Source: Myxococcota bacterium (GTDB lineage Bacteria; Myxococcota_A; UBA9160; SZUA-336). Taken from it: DNA of 64,000 nucleotides. The first letter of the stretch is position 1. Every line of letters begins with the position of its first letter. The position numbers and the translations under genes are program-made. Positions 19,388-29,642 of the stretch are shown in pieces. The notes beneath the pieces were generated by a model. It saw only the letters and a program-made list of their open reading frames with translations. It made no database searches and had not been told where the DNA came from. The DNA lies in the NCBI GenBank assembly GCA_965247115.1, contig CBDFGR010000003.1:2016001-2080000 (forward strand), given 5' to 3'.

Positions 19388-21130
19388 ATGCGAAACGAGA
19401 TCTTCGTGAACGCGGCGCTGCGCGAGACGCGCGTCGCCCTTCACGAGGCGGACAAGTTCGTCGAACTCCACATCGAGCGCGCCAACGAGCGCGGCGTAGT
19501 CGGGGGGATCTACAAGGGTAGGGTCACCCGGGTCCTGCCCGGGATGCAGGCCGCGTTCGTGGACATCGGTCTGGAAAGGGCCGGCTTCCTGTACGTGGGT
19601 GACTACCGCGCCGACTTGGACGGCGCGACCCTGGACGACGACGGGAACGGAGAGGCGTCCTCCGGCAGGGGCCGCAATGGTCCCCAGCCCCAGATCGAGG
19701 ACGTTCTCGAGGAAGGGCGCGAGATCGTCGTCCAGGTCTCCAAGGAGCCGCTCGGCTCCAAGGGAGCCCGAATCACCTCGCGGATCGCGCTCCCCGGACG
19801 ACACCTCGTCCTCATGCCCTGGGTCTCCCGGGTCGGGGTCTCGCGCCGGATCGGCGGGGATCGCGAGCGGCGCCGACTGCGCTCGATCGTCGAGAAGCTG
19901 CGGCCGCCTGAGCTCGGCTTCATCGTGCGAACCGTCTCCCACGGCGTGAACGACGCCGACATCAAAGCCGACATCGACTACCTCGTAAGCCTGTGGAATG
20001 GCATCCAGAAGGACCTGAGCGAGGCCGTAGAGGTGCCGAGCCTGATCTACCGCGAGCCACCTCTGCACCTTCGGGTGCTGCGCGATCTGGCGACGCGTGA
20101 GACCAAACAGATCTTCATCGACAACGCGGACGCATACGGCGAGATGCAGGAGTTCGTCCAGAACTTCATGGCAGCTCCCCGGCCCCGGATCAACTTCTAC
20201 GACAAGGAGGAGCCGCTATTCGATGCCAAGCGCGTCGAGGCCGCCATCGAGGAGGGACTGGGACGAAAGGTCTTCTTGAAGTCGGGCGGGCATCTGGTGT
20301 TTGACCAGAGCGAGGCACTCACGGCCATCGACGTCAACACGGGTCGTTACACGGGGGGCAAGGGCAGGAACCTGGAGGACACGATCCTCAAGACAAACCT
20401 GGAGGCGGTCCGCGAGATCGTCCACCAGCTCCGCTTCCGGAACATCGGCGGCCTGATCATCCTCGACCTGATCGACATGGATGTGGCCGCCAACCGCGAG
20501 AAGGTCTACCGGGCGCTGACGGACGCGCTGCGTGAGGACAAGTCGAGAGTCAACCTGCTCAAGATCTCCGAGCTCGGACTCGTGGAGATGACGCGCAAGC
20601 GCACGCGGGAGAGCCTGCCGCAGCAGCTCTGCGAGCCCTGCTCCACCTGCGAGGGCAAGGGCTACATGCAGTCCGCACAGACCCTATCCAACAGGATCCT
20701 GCGGGAGCTTCCAAAGGCTGTGCGCTATCTGCGCGGCGACGCCCTCCGCGTCCACGCACACCCGGAGGTTACCGAGATTCTGCTGGGAGAGGCCATGAGC
20801 TCTCTCGATCTGATCCAGGACCGGATCGGACGCCAGGTCTTTGTCGAGGCGGAGCCCGACTTCCACGTCGAGCAGTATGAGATCCGCTCGGCGGTCGCTA
20901 CCGAGCCCCGCGTGAAGCGCGAGCCCGAGCCCCCACCGGAGCCGGCTGGCCTGGCCGCTGACGAGTCCGAGGAGGACACGGCCGTCGATATCGTCGCAAG
21001 CGCCGAGCCCGCAGCGGACCCCCCAACCGAAGCGGCAGCAACGGAGGTCGAGACTCCCGAGACGGACACCCAGAGCGAGACGGACACCCCACCGGACGAG
21101 TCCCACCTGGGCTCGGAAGCGAGCTCCTAG
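19388..21130 (+). CDS. Ribonuclease E/G family
   Basis: GIYKGRV.RVLPGMQAAFVDIG (S1), AIDVNTG, NIGGLIILDLIDM, CxxC zinc link; short acidic disordered tail; start ATG 19388. Confidence 0.95.
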   Translation: MRNEIFVNAALRETRVALHEADKFVELHIERANERGVVGGIYKGRVTRVLPGMQAAFVDIGLERAGFLYVGDYRADLDGATLDDDGNGEASSGRGRNGPQPQIEDVLEEGREIVVQVSKEPLGSKGARITSRIALPGRHLVLMPWVSRVGVSRRIGGDRERRRLRSIVEKLRPPELGFIVRTVSHGVNDADIKADIDYLVSLWNGIQKDLSEAVEVPSLIYREPPLHLRVLRDLATRETKQIFIDNADAYGEMQEFVQNFMAAPRPRINFYDKEEPLFDAKRVEAAIEEGLGRKVFLKSGGHLVFDQSEALTAIDVNTGRYTGGKGRNLEDTILKTNLEAVREIVHQLRFRNIGGLIILDLIDMDVAANREKVYRALTDALREDKSRVNLLKISELGLVEMTRKRTRESLPQQLCEPCSTCEGKGYMQSAQTLSNRILRELPKAVRYLRGDALRVHAHPEVTEILLGEAMSSLDLIQDRIGRQVFVEAEPDFHVEQYEIRSAVATEPRVKREPEPPPEPAGLAADESEEDTAVDIVASAEPAADPPTEAAATEVETPETDTQSETDTPPDESHLGSEASS

Positions 21131-22104
21131 CGGTAGCGAACGGTGTCCACGCGGCGGGACGCGCCTTCGCCGCTGACTTCGATCTTGTACTGGGGCTCGA
21201 AGCCCAGGATGTTCGCTGCAAGACCGGTGTCCAGGACGACGCCGTAGCGACACCAGCCGTTGTCGCCGTGGCTGCCCCGGCCCAGCAGCGACTTGAGCAG
21301 GGAGAGCGAGTCCCCGATGACCGGGGGGAGCGTGATGGGGCCGAGGCGGCGGCCCTCCGCTCGCAGCTCGGAGCGGGGAAAGACGTCGCGTCCGGCGATG
21401 TTGTAGATGCCGGGCCGATCGGAGTGCAACGCCAGCACGAGAGCGCGCGCCACATCCCGATCCGCCACCAGCGAGACCAGCGGATCGAAGCCAAGGTACC
21501 CCAGTCCCCGCTCCAGCGGCGGGGAGTGCACAAACTCGCCAGCATCCGTGACGATCGTCGCGGCCCGCAGGATGGTCATCTTGAGCCTCGGGTTATTCAG
21601 CTCCCCCTGGCAGATGAGATCCGCGTCGATCCAGGCACGCACCTCCGGATCGAGCTCCGCCTCGAAGCCGAGCAGCTGGCCCTCGCTCATGACGTTCGAG
21701 CTGCCCGGCTCCGGCTGGTAGACGAAGCCGGACGACAGGTAGATGAAGCGCTCGACGCCCGCTTGCTCGAGGGACTCGGCCACGAGCCGGCGCGTTTCCG
21801 AGACCAGGCTCGGCACGTTTCCTGGGATGTGCTCACCCGCGCTCTCCGCGCAGAAGCTCAGATGAATGACCGAGTCGATACCCGCCGTCGCGAAGCGCTC
21901 GGAGTGAACGAAGTTCGAGAGGTGGCGAGCCCGCGCCAGGTCGATGCGCTCGTACACGCACTTGTCGCGGTACGGCTCGAGGAAGCTCGGCGTGGGTCCC
22001 GTACCCGTGCCCAGCACTAGGTCCACCTCGATGTCGTGGTAGAGGGCCTTCACCAGCCTGCGGCCCACGAACGAGTCCACGTGCGTCACCAGGACCCTGC
22101 GCAT
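21127..22104 (-). CDS. Extended SDR / NAD-dependent epimerase-like protein with degenerate Rossmann motif
   Basis: RVLVTHVDSFVG (in place of TGxxGxxG), FIYLSS..VY, DVARA, YNIAG, LGFEP. Confidence 0.8.
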   Translation of the reverse strand: MRRVLVTHVDSFVGRRLVKALYHDIEVDLVLGTGTGPTPSFLEPYRDKCVYERIDLARARHLSNFVHSERFATAGIDSVIHLSFCAESAGEHIPGNVPSLVSETRRLVAESLEQAGVERFIYLSSGFVYQPEPGSSNVMSEGQLLGFEAELDPEVRAWIDADLICQGELNNPRLKMTILRAATIVTDAGEFVHSPPLERGLGYLGFDPLVSLVADRDVARALVLALHSDRPGIYNIAGRDVFPRSELRAEGRRLGPITLPPVIGDSLSLLKSLLGRGSHGDNGWCRYGVVLDTGLAANILGFEPQYKIEVSGEGASRRVDTVRYR

Positions 22105-23111
22105 CAGCCTTGCCCGCGCCGTGCGCTCACTCCCGCGTCCACCAGGTCTTGGATACGCTGCTTGACCTGCTCCGCCATGTACCGAAGCGCGTGGGGGTCG
22201 TCGAGCGCCGAGAGCGGGAATTCCTCGTGGAAGCGGAACGGCTCGCCGTACGTGATCTCGTACTTGACGGGATAGGGGAGCAGCCCGAGCGGTCCGAGCA
22301 GGGGAAAGGTCGGCGTGATCGGAAAGAAGGGGAGTCCAAGCAGCCTGGCCAGCGGCTTCACGTCGTACAGGATGGGCGCCTGGTCATCCGCGCCAATGAT
22401 CGCGACGGGAATGATCATCGTGCGATTCCGGAGCGACTCCTCGATGAAACCGAGACCGAAGCGCTGCAAGACATAGCGCTCGGCGGCGAGCTTGCGCGCT
22501 CCCGCCATGCCCTCGGGGAATACGAGGACGATCTGCTCACGACACAGGAGCTCGCGGAAATTGTCGCGCGTGCCGACCACCTGGCCCACCCGCGAGAGGA
22601 AGACGTTGACGAAGGGAACGGTCCCCGCCCAGCGATCCACGATGGCTCGCGTCAGCCGGGGAGGATTCGCGCGCAGTACCAGGTCCGTGACCACCATCGT
22701 GCCATCGAAGGGCAGGAGGCCCCCGTGGTTGGCGGCCAGGATGGCCGCACCCTTCTCCGGGATCACTGCGTGTCCGCTGCTCTCCACGCGGAAGTAGTGC
22801 CGGTAGAGCTGTTTGAAGAGCCCCAACGCGCGCCTGGCGACGCGCGGATTCAGACCGAGCGCGTCGTAGGGATGCTCCTCGAACTCCGCGAGCACAGCGG
22901 AGGCCCGCTCCTCGAAGGGCGGAACCTCTGGCACAGGGGGTCCGAGATCTACACTTTTCGGTGTGGGATCGAGTCCCCGCCTGGGAGACCCTTCGGGAGG
23001 TATGCCGCCACCGCGCCGCTCCCGCAGGCGACTGAGGTACGGGATGGTGCCGTCACTCAGCGCAAAGGGATCGCTACCAAGTGCCTTCTCTCTCGGACCG
23101 GATCCACTCAT
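22104..23111 (-). CDS. PlsC-type lysophospholipid/glycerol acyltransferase with N-terminal extension
   Basis: ANHGGLLPFD (HX4D), VFPEG, IIPVAIIG. Confidence 0.9.
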   Translation of the reverse strand: MSGSGPREKALGSDPFALSDGTIPYLSRLRERRGGGIPPEGSPRRGLDPTPKSVDLGPPVPEVPPFEERASAVLAEFEEHPYDALGLNPRVARRALGLFKQLYRHYFRVESSGHAVIPEKGAAILAANHGGLLPFDGTMVVTDLVLRANPPRLTRAIVDRWAGTVPFVNVFLSRVGQVVGTRDNFRELLCREQIVLVFPEGMAGARKLAAERYVLQRFGLGFIEESLRNRTMIIPVAIIGADDQAPILYDVKPLARLLGLPFFPITPTFPLLGPLGLLPYPVKYEITYGEPFRFHEEFPLSALDDPHALRYMAEQVKQRIQDLVDAGVSARRGQG

Positions 23112-23905
23112 TCGAGGCCCAGCCTCGGGCCGACGGCCAGTAGCTCCTCCGCAACGTCGGAGAGTCCCAGGGCGAGCTTGGAACGGGGAGCGTGCTCGAA
23201 GATCGTCTTGGAGCGACTCTGAGCCTCGTCGATCGACACGGAGTAGCCGAGCACCGTCTTCGAAAGCTGCTCGGGGAAGTGCTTGCGCAGCTTCTCCAGG
23301 ATCTCCCGAGCCATCCGCGTCCGGCGCGCAAAGGTGGGGACCACCAGCGAGATCACGAGCTCGGGGTGATCGAAGCGGCTGCGTACCATCTCGACGGTGC
23401 GCGAGATTTCCGCCGCGCCGTCGAGCGCGAGATACGTCAGCGGTACCGGCAGCAGGATCTCGGTTGCCGCCAGGAGCACGTTCAGTGTGATCGATCCGAA
23501 GGAGGGAGGCGCATCGAAGAAGATGAAGTCGTAGCTCTTCGTGCGCTCGAGTGCGGTGCGCAGACAGTAATACTCGTCCTGCTCGAGGTTGGCGGCCTCC
23601 GCGGGGAACAACGCCAGGGACTTGTTCGAGGGCACGAGGTCCAGGTTGGGATGACGCGCGCGGATCGCGGGAAGCGCGGGCCGCGTCTCCTCACCGATCA
23701 CCGCGTCGAGCAGCAGGTCCAAGGCCGTCCTCCGCACCGCGCCGACGTCGATCCCGAGCACCTTGCCGAGCTGCCCCTGGGGATCCAGGTCTACCAGCAG
23801 CACGCGCTTTCCGTGCTCGCGGGCGAGATAGTCTCCGACGCTGGAGGTCAGCGTGGTCTTGCAGCTGCCCCCCTTCTCGTTAATGACGGCGATCCTACGC
23901 GTGAT
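23108..23905 (-). CDS. Orphan ParA/Soj family ATPase (probable ATC start)
   Basis: Frame extends upstream of the tracked ORF: (I)TRRIAVINEKGGSCKTT..VLLVDLDPQG..FDAPPS..EAQ. Confidence 0.9.
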   Translation of the reverse strand: MTRRIAVINEKGGSCKTTLTSSVGDYLAREHGKRVLLVDLDPQGQLGKVLGIDVGAVRRTALDLLLDAVIGEETRPALPAIRARHPNLDLVPSNKSLALFPAEAANLEQDEYYCLRTALERTKSYDFIFFDAPPSFGSITLNVLLAATEILLPVPLTYLALDGAAEISRTVEMVRSRFDHPELVISLVVPTFARRTRMAREILEKLRKHFPEQLSKTVLGYSVSIDEAQSRSKTIFEHAPRSKLALGLSDVAEELLAVGPRLGLE

Positions 23906-23997
23906 GGCCCGAGCCCCCCATGGCCAAGCGGACGCACCCCTTCTTCCGCCCTCGGTTGGTATTTCACCGCGGACGGATTGTCAATCGTGCGCAGCTT

Positions 23998-24813
23998 CTA
24001 GCCGGAGGAACGCTCCAGGGCTTGGCGCGCCTCGCGGCTGAGCTCCGCGGTGTGGGCGAGGCGGACTGGGGTGATCGACACCCGACCTTCGCGCAACGCG
24101 GCCACGTCGGTCGCGGCGTGTGCATCCGCCTCGTTCCGAAGCTCCCCCTCGTAGTCGTGGACGAAGACCCCGTCGGCCTTGCGGCGAAACAGTGAGCGGT
24201 AGCCGACCGCGGCGAGCTCCGTGAGCGCACGAGGGGTGTCGGGCCCCGCACCGACGGGAAAGTTGATACTCAGCAGGTCCGCCTCGGCAGGGAACCCGGT
24301 TTCGCGGATGGTGCGGGTGATGTCCGTCGCGAGCGCAGCCGCGCGCTCCCAGATCTCGCGCGACTCGGGTGCGGCGACCGTCCCCTTCCAGTCGCGATCG
24401 TGGCCCTGGACCCCGACGGAGAAGGCCAGTGCCGGAACCCCAGCAATCCACCCCTCCATCGCCGCACCGATGGTTCCGCTCGACAGAAAGAAGCCGAGGC
24501 CACTGTTGAGGCCGATGTTCACTCCCGAGACCACGAGCTCGGGTGGACCCTCGAAGAGCGAGTGCACGCCGAGGTTCGTGCAGTCGGCGGGGTAACCTCC
24601 CACGGCGAGGATCTCGATCCCCTCCCGCTCCACGCGCTCCACGCGAATATCGTCCCAGCGGGAGATCGCCTTGCCGATCCAGCTGCACTCCGCGGCGGGA
24701 ACTGCGACCCGCACGGGGCCTAGCTCGCGCAGGGCACGGACCAGGGGAAGCAGCGCCGGAGAGTCGACGCCGTCATCGTTGGTGACGAGGATGTACCCCA
24801 CGGGCCGCAGCAT
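23998..24813 (-). CDS. surE: 5'/3'-nucleotidase SurE
   Basis: ILVTNDDG, GYPADC, VVSGVNIGLN, SGTIGAAMEG, SITP. Confidence 0.93.
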   Translation of the reverse strand: MLRPVGYILVTNDDGVDSPALLPLVRALRELGPVRVAVPAAECSWIGKAISRWDDIRVERVEREGIEILAVGGYPADCTNLGVHSLFEGPPELVVSGVNIGLNSGLGFFLSSGTIGAAMEGWIAGVPALAFSVGVQGHDRDWKGTVAAPESREIWERAAALATDITRTIRETGFPAEADLLSINFPVGAGPDTPRALTELAAVGYRSLFRRKADGVFVHDYEGELRNEADAHAATDVAALREGRVSITPVRLAHTAELSREARQALERSSG

Positions 24814-24872
24814 ACCTGCAGGAGCCCGCGCTCTGCGAGCGCATTTGCCGTGCCGGGCGGTAGAGTACTGCG

Positions 24873-25451
24873 GTGCGGCTCGACGAAATCAGAGCGCGAA
24901 TTCGCGCACACGACGCAGCTCTCGCCGAGCCTTCGAACGGCGCGAGGCAGGCAGCCGTCGCGCTGATCCTTCACGAACCTCCGGGAAGCTCGGCCGAGAT
25001 CCTCTTCATCGAACGCGCGACGCGCGAGGGCGACCCGTGGTCGGGCCAGATGGCGCTGCCCGGCGGACGCCGCGATCCCGAAGACGGGGATCTCCAGACC
25101 ACGGCTGCCCGCGAGACGCTCGAGGAGGTAGGGGTCCCGCTGCGTGCGCCACTGGGCCGACTCGACGACTTCTCGGGCAACCGCCCCCGGGTCCCGCAGA
25201 TCATCGTCTCACCGTACGTGTACGAGCTGGAAGAGCGACCGCGCGTGACGATCAATCACGAGGTGAGCTCGGCAGTCTGGATCCCCGTGGAGTGGATCCT
25301 GGCGCCCAAATCCTCGGTCCGGTACGCCTTCGACGGCGAGGCGACCGATGAGACCTTTCCCGGCATCCGCTACGACCGCTACACGGTATGGGGTCTGACC
25401 TATCGTATCCTCACGAACTTCTTCGAGATCCTCGGACGCGAGCTGCGCTAG
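24873..25451 (+). CDS. Nudix CoA pyrophosphatase
   Basis: WSGQMALPGG..D..TAARETLEEVG Nudix box, VWGLT. Confidence 0.9.
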   Translation: MRLDEIRARIRAHDAALAEPSNGARQAAVALILHEPPGSSAEILFIERATREGDPWSGQMALPGGRRDPEDGDLQTTAARETLEEVGVPLRAPLGRLDDFSGNRPRVPQIIVSPYVYELEERPRVTINHEVSSAVWIPVEWILAPKSSVRYAFDGEATDETFPGIRYDRYTVWGLTYRILTNFFEILGRELR

Positions 25452-25463
25452 GTCTGCGCCCTC

Positions 25464-26630
25464 TCAGCCCCGATAGGGTCCCCGGAGCTCGGGCTTGAGC
25501 GTGGCGCCGGCTCGGAACAGATCGAGTGGCGAGGAGCCCTCGAGAACCTCCTCTGGTGCGCGACCCTGAACGCGGGCCAGCTCGCGCAGCCCGGTGTCGA
25601 TGCCCTCCACGGCCTTCTCGAGTGCCAGGGGAACCGAGTCGGGATCGGAGAGCTGGAGCCGGTCCGCGACCGCGATCGAGTTCGCCACTGCCAGGACGTA
25701 GCCCAGCAGGTCACCAGCGACGCCGGAGGGCAGCGCGGACAGAGCCTCGCCCAGCAGGCTGCCTCGGAGCTGCTTCGGCAGGTCGATGCTGCGGACCAGG
25801 TCCCGGCTGTACTCGACGTCCTCGGCTCCCTCGACGTTCTCCGGGCTGAGCGAGCGGTAGACGCGCATGGCCTGTTCGCGATCGGGGAAGCCCAGATCCT
25901 GAAGTCGAGCGACCCGCCAGCGCAGCGCGTGCTCCTCCATGTCTGCGGAGGACTCGAAGATCAGCCCGTACACGATCCGCCAGTACAACGCCTGGTCCCC
26001 ATCAAACGCGGCGTGAACTGTTTCGTGCACCCGGTGCGGGGACATTCCTTCGGGCACTTCGAAGTAGACCATGCCGTCGGGAGTGAAGCTGCCGTCGGGT
26101 GGGTCATCTTCCTTGCCGACGACGGCGATGGAGGTCTCCGACCGCAACACGATCAGCCACAGCTCCAGATCGGTGGCAGCCAGCGCTCTCGTGAGCGTCG
26201 GCCGCCCGGCCTCGATCAACGCATCGAGCCACTCCTGCACGCGCTGGATCTGGAGCTCGTAGCCCTCCCAGCAATCCAGGTCGAAGCAGGCCACGAGCTG
26301 GGGAACGGTGGCCAGCTCGACCAGCCAGCCCGCCTCGCTCATCCCACCCGAGCGGATGGTGTGAACGAAGTCTGCCTCGGGGAGCAGCGGCACGACCTGC
26401 TCGGGACTGTCGCAGAGCATCAGGAACTCGCTGCGCAGCTCTGGACGGAGCTCGCTGCAGGCGCGGCCCTGCTCTTCGGGAGCGAGGCGCCGCAGCTGGC
26501 TCAGCGCCACCGGGCGATCGCGTCGGGCGAGGAGCAGCAGCTCCGTTCCAGACAAGGATTCGTCCGTTCCGGACACGGCTTCGTCCGTTCCGGACGCGGC
26601 GGCAGCGGGGTGCGTCGGCCGTTCAGCCAC
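25464..26630 (-). CDS. Conserved hypothetical protein (DUF6178-like)
   Basis: [23 protein letters not shown] motifs; GTG start at 26630 overlapping the lon stop. Confidence 0.7.
   Translation of the reverse strand: MAERPTHPAAAASGTDEAVSGTDESLSGTELLLLARRDRPVALSQLRRLAPEEQGRACSELRPELRSEFLMLCDSPEQVVPLLPEADFVHTIRSGGMSEAGWLVELATVPQLVACFDLDCWEGYELQIQRVQEWLDALIEAGRPTLTRALAATDLELWLIVLRSETSIAVVGKEDDPPDGSFTPDGMVYFEVPEGMSPHRVHETVHAAFDGDQALYWRIVYGLIFESSADMEEHALRWRVARLQDLGFPDREQAMRVYRSLSPENVEGAEDVEYSRDLVRSIDLPKQLRGSLLGEALSALPSGVAGDLLGYVLAVANSIAVADRLQLSDPDSVPLALEKAVEGIDTGLRELARVQGRAPEEVLEGSSPLDLFRAGATLKPELRGPYRG
26541..26600 (-). repeat. ~3 copies of a 21-bp coding tandem repeat (SGTDEAV / SGTDESL / SGTE)
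   Basis: tccgttcc(a/g)gac recurs with a 21-bp period. Confidence 0.8.
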
Positions 26631-28980
26631 CGAGCTGGAGCGCCTCCCGGATGGCGTCCATCGACTCGTCGACGAACGTGAACTTGAAGGCGTCGCGCAC
26701 GTCGGCCGGAACCTCCTCCAAGTCCTTCTCGTTGCGCCTCGACAGGATGAGCTCCTTGATCTCCGCGCGGTGCGCGGCGAGCACTTTCTCCTTGATGCCC
26801 GAGACCGGGAGCACCTGGCCACGCAGCGTGATCTCGCCGGTCATGGCCAGGTCGCCGCGCACGGGCCGGTCGGTCAGCAGGCTCGCCAGCGCGACCAGGA
26901 TCGTGATGCCCGCTGACGGTCCTTCCTTGCGCATCCCACCCGCCGGAACGTGCACGTGGATCCGATTCTTCTCGAAGACATCCTCGTCGATCAACAGGGC
27001 GTCGGCATTGGAACGAAGGTAGGACAGCGCTGCGTCCGCCGACTCCTGCATGACCTCTCCGAGCTGTCCCGTGAGTTGCAGACCAGGCTTGCCTTCCATC
27101 TTCGCGGCCTCGACGAAGACGATGTCGCCGCCGGCTGGCGTCCAGACCAATCCTGTCGAAACTCCTGGCCCGTGCGTGCGCTCGGCGAGCTCGCGCGTGA
27201 ACGGGGGCGGACCAAGCAGATCGGGCACATCTGCCGCCGCGAGCCGTGGCGCGGACTCACCCTCCGCGATGCGCAGGGCCAACTTGCGCACCAACGCAGC
27301 GATCTGCCGCTCGAGGCTGCGCACACCTGCCTCGCGTGTGTAGCCCTCGATGGTCTCCAGCAGAACGTCGTCCCCGAGCTCCACGGCTGCCTCTCGGAGC
27401 CCGTGCTCGAGCAGCTGACGCGGCACGAGGAATGCTTTTGCGATGCGCAGCTTCTCGCGCACCGTGTAGCCAGGCAGCTCGATCGTCTCCATCCGGTCGA
27501 GCAACGGCGGCGGGATCGTATCGGTCCGATTCGCCGTTGCGATGAAGAGCACCTTCGAAAGGTCGAAGGCGATCTCCAGGTAGTGATCGCTGAAGCTCGA
27601 GTTCTGCTCCGGGTCGAGCACCTCGAGCAGTGCCGAGGACGGGTCTCCGCGGTAGTCCGTACCCACCTTGTCGATCTCGTCGAGCACGAAGACGGGATTG
27701 CGGGTGCCGGCCTTCTTCAAGTTCTGGAGAATGCGACCCGGCATTGCGCCGACGTAGGTGCGCCGGTGTCCGCGGATCTCGGCCTCGTCGCGCATCCCGC
27801 CGAGCGAGCTGCGCGCGAACTGGCGACCCATGGCGCGGGCGATCGACTTGCCGAGCGAGGTTTTGCCCACGCCGGGCGGCCCGACGAAGCACAGGATCGG
27901 ACCCTTGGGATCGTCGACCAGGTGGCGCACCGCGAGGTACTCCAGGATGCGTTCTTTGACGTTCTCGAGCCCGTAGTGATCCTCATCGAGGATCCGATGC
28001 GCGTGCGCGAGATCCAGGTTGTCTTCGCTCTCCTCCTCCCAGGGCAGATCGAGGATCCAGTCCAGGTAGGTGCGCGAGACGGAGCGTTCCGGGGAGTGCG
28101 AGGGGATGCCGTCGAGCCGGTTGATCTCGCGCTCGGCCACCTCGCGGGCGTCGTCGGATAGACGCGCCTCTTCGAGGCGCTCGCGCAGCTCGTCGCCCTC
28201 AGAGCTCTGCTCGTCGGCCTCGCCGAGCTCTTCGCGGATCTTGCCGAGCTGCTCGCGGAGCAGCTTGTGGCGCTCGGAGTCGTCGAGTTCTCCTGCAGCG
28301 CGTTCCTGGAAGGTTCGCGACACTTCGGCGACTCGGACCTCGCGCATGAGATAGCGCATGAGAACACGAAGCCGCGCGAGCACATCGGGCTGTGCCAGGA
28401 GCGCCGCCTTGTCCTCGAGCGAGAGGCCCTCAGCCTGAAACGCGATCATGTCCGACAGACGAGCCGGATCCGTGTAGCGCTCGAGCAGCTCGATGGCCTC
28501 GTCTGGCAGATCCGGTCGCAGCGCGACCAGCTCTCGGCAGAGGCGCTGCACGCTTCGCCGCGCGGCCTCCGCCTCGGGCCGCTCATCGAGGAGATCACGG
28601 ATCAGGCTAAAACGCACGCGCTGGACCGCGTCCTTCTCGACCAGCTCCAGAATCTCGAAGCGCGCGAGCCCAACGACCACGACGGAGAGGCCGGAGCCCG
28701 CCTCGACGACGTGCAGCACCTTGGTCACGCAGCCGGCGTCGAAGAGATCCTCCACACCCGGCTGCTCGACGTCCGGGACCCGCTGCGGCACCACGGCGAG
28801 CAGCCCGCCATCCTTGGTCGCGGCCCGAACCGCTGCGAGAGAGGCCGGGCGCCCGACACTGAGGGGAATGGTCACACCCGGAAACACCACCGTGTTTCGC
28901 ACGGGCAGCATAGGAAGCTCAGTGGGAATTTCGAGCTTCTCACCGGCCGCGTCGATCGTGAAATGGGCGTCTTCAGCCAC
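26623..28980 (-). CDS. lon: ATP-dependent Lon protease
   Basis: Lon N-domain, [30 protein letters not shown] catalytic Ser, GIKEK. Confidence 0.97.
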   Translation of the reverse strand: MAEDAHFTIDAAGEKLEIPTELPMLPVRNTVVFPGVTIPLSVGRPASLAAVRAATKDGGLLAVVPQRVPDVEQPGVEDLFDAGCVTKVLHVVEAGSGLSVVVVGLARFEILELVEKDAVQRVRFSLIRDLLDERPEAEAARRSVQRLCRELVALRPDLPDEAIELLERYTDPARLSDMIAFQAEGLSLEDKAALLAQPDVLARLRVLMRYLMREVRVAEVSRTFQERAAGELDDSERHKLLREQLGKIREELGEADEQSSEGDELRERLEEARLSDDAREVAEREINRLDGIPSHSPERSVSRTYLDWILDLPWEEESEDNLDLAHAHRILDEDHYGLENVKERILEYLAVRHLVDDPKGPILCFVGPPGVGKTSLGKSIARAMGRQFARSSLGGMRDEAEIRGHRRTYVGAMPGRILQNLKKAGTRNPVFVLDEIDKVGTDYRGDPSSALLEVLDPEQNSSFSDHYLEIAFDLSKVLFIATANRTDTIPPPLLDRMETIELPGYTVREKLRIAKAFLVPRQLLEHGLREAAVELGDDVLLETIEGYTREAGVRSLERQIAALVRKLALRIAEGESAPRLAAADVPDLLGPPPFTRELAERTHGPGVSTGLVWTPAGGDIVFVEAAKMEGKPGLQLTGQLGEVMQESADAALSYLRSNADALLIDEDVFEKNRIHVHVPAGGMRKEGPSAGITILVALASLLTDRPVRGDLAMTGEITLRGQVLPVSGIKEKVLAAHRAEIKELILSRRNEKDLEEVPADVRDAFKFTFVDESMDAIREALQLGG

Positions 28981-29021
28981 AGGCCGCCAAGACTAGGTAC
29001 CGCGAGGTCGGGGTCAAGTTG

Positions 29022-29534
29022 CTAGTCGCCGGTGAGGCGGATGAAGTTGAGGGTTTTGATGCCTCGGATGCGGCGGATGCCACGGATGAGGGCGCTGACC
29101 AGGCGCCAGCCCGGGAGGGCGCCCGCCAGGGTGACGTTCGAGTCCTCGACGGTGATGTCGATCATGGGGCGCACCGGGGCGAGCTCCGAGTCCTCGGCGA
29201 TCTTGGCCTCTATCTCGGCCAGCAGCGCCTCGTCCGGCGGCGAGTCGACAGTGGCCGGTACGACGCGGATGCGATTGCGCACCTCGTTGACGCCGCCCAC
29301 TTCGCGAGCGATCTCGTCGGCCCGGGTCCGGAGATCATCCGTAGCGACACTGCCGGAGAGTGTCATCGCGCCCTCGGCGGTGCGGACCTCCACATCGATC
29401 ATGCCCGGCTCACGATAGAAGAGCTGCTGGGCCTTGAGGGTGCTGGGCTCATCGGAGCCCTGAGCCGGACGGCTCACACTCCCGATGGCCAGGAACGCAA
29501 GTGGGATGACCAGAACGCGGAGTGCCCGCTTCAT
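29022..29534 (-). CDS. Exported dual-BON-domain protein (OsmY-like)
   Basis: Signal-peptide-like N-terminus; IDVEV..G.MTLSG..GVNEVRNRI and IDITV..VTLAG. Confidence 0.8.
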   Translation of the reverse strand: MKRALRVLVIPLAFLAIGSVSRPAQGSDEPSTLKAQQLFYREPGMIDVEVRTAEGAMTLSGSVATDDLRTRADEIAREVGGVNEVRNRIRVVPATVDSPPDEALLAEIEAKIAEDSELAPVRPMIDITVEDSNVTLAGALPGWRLVSALIRGIRRIRGIKTLNFIRLTGD

Positions 29535-29642
29535 GCTCCCCTCTGTGGCTTCCGATCTCCCTCGACTGCACAGGCTAGTCGTCAATGGCCTGCCAGGTCA
29601 ACCAGTTAGCCGAATTCCGGCCACAATTCGTTCGAGCGCGGC

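Noticed and set aside
26900..26940. Lon KEGPSAG instead of KDGPSAG as an inactive protease
   Set aside because: The catalytic Ser and Lys are both present; the change is conservative.
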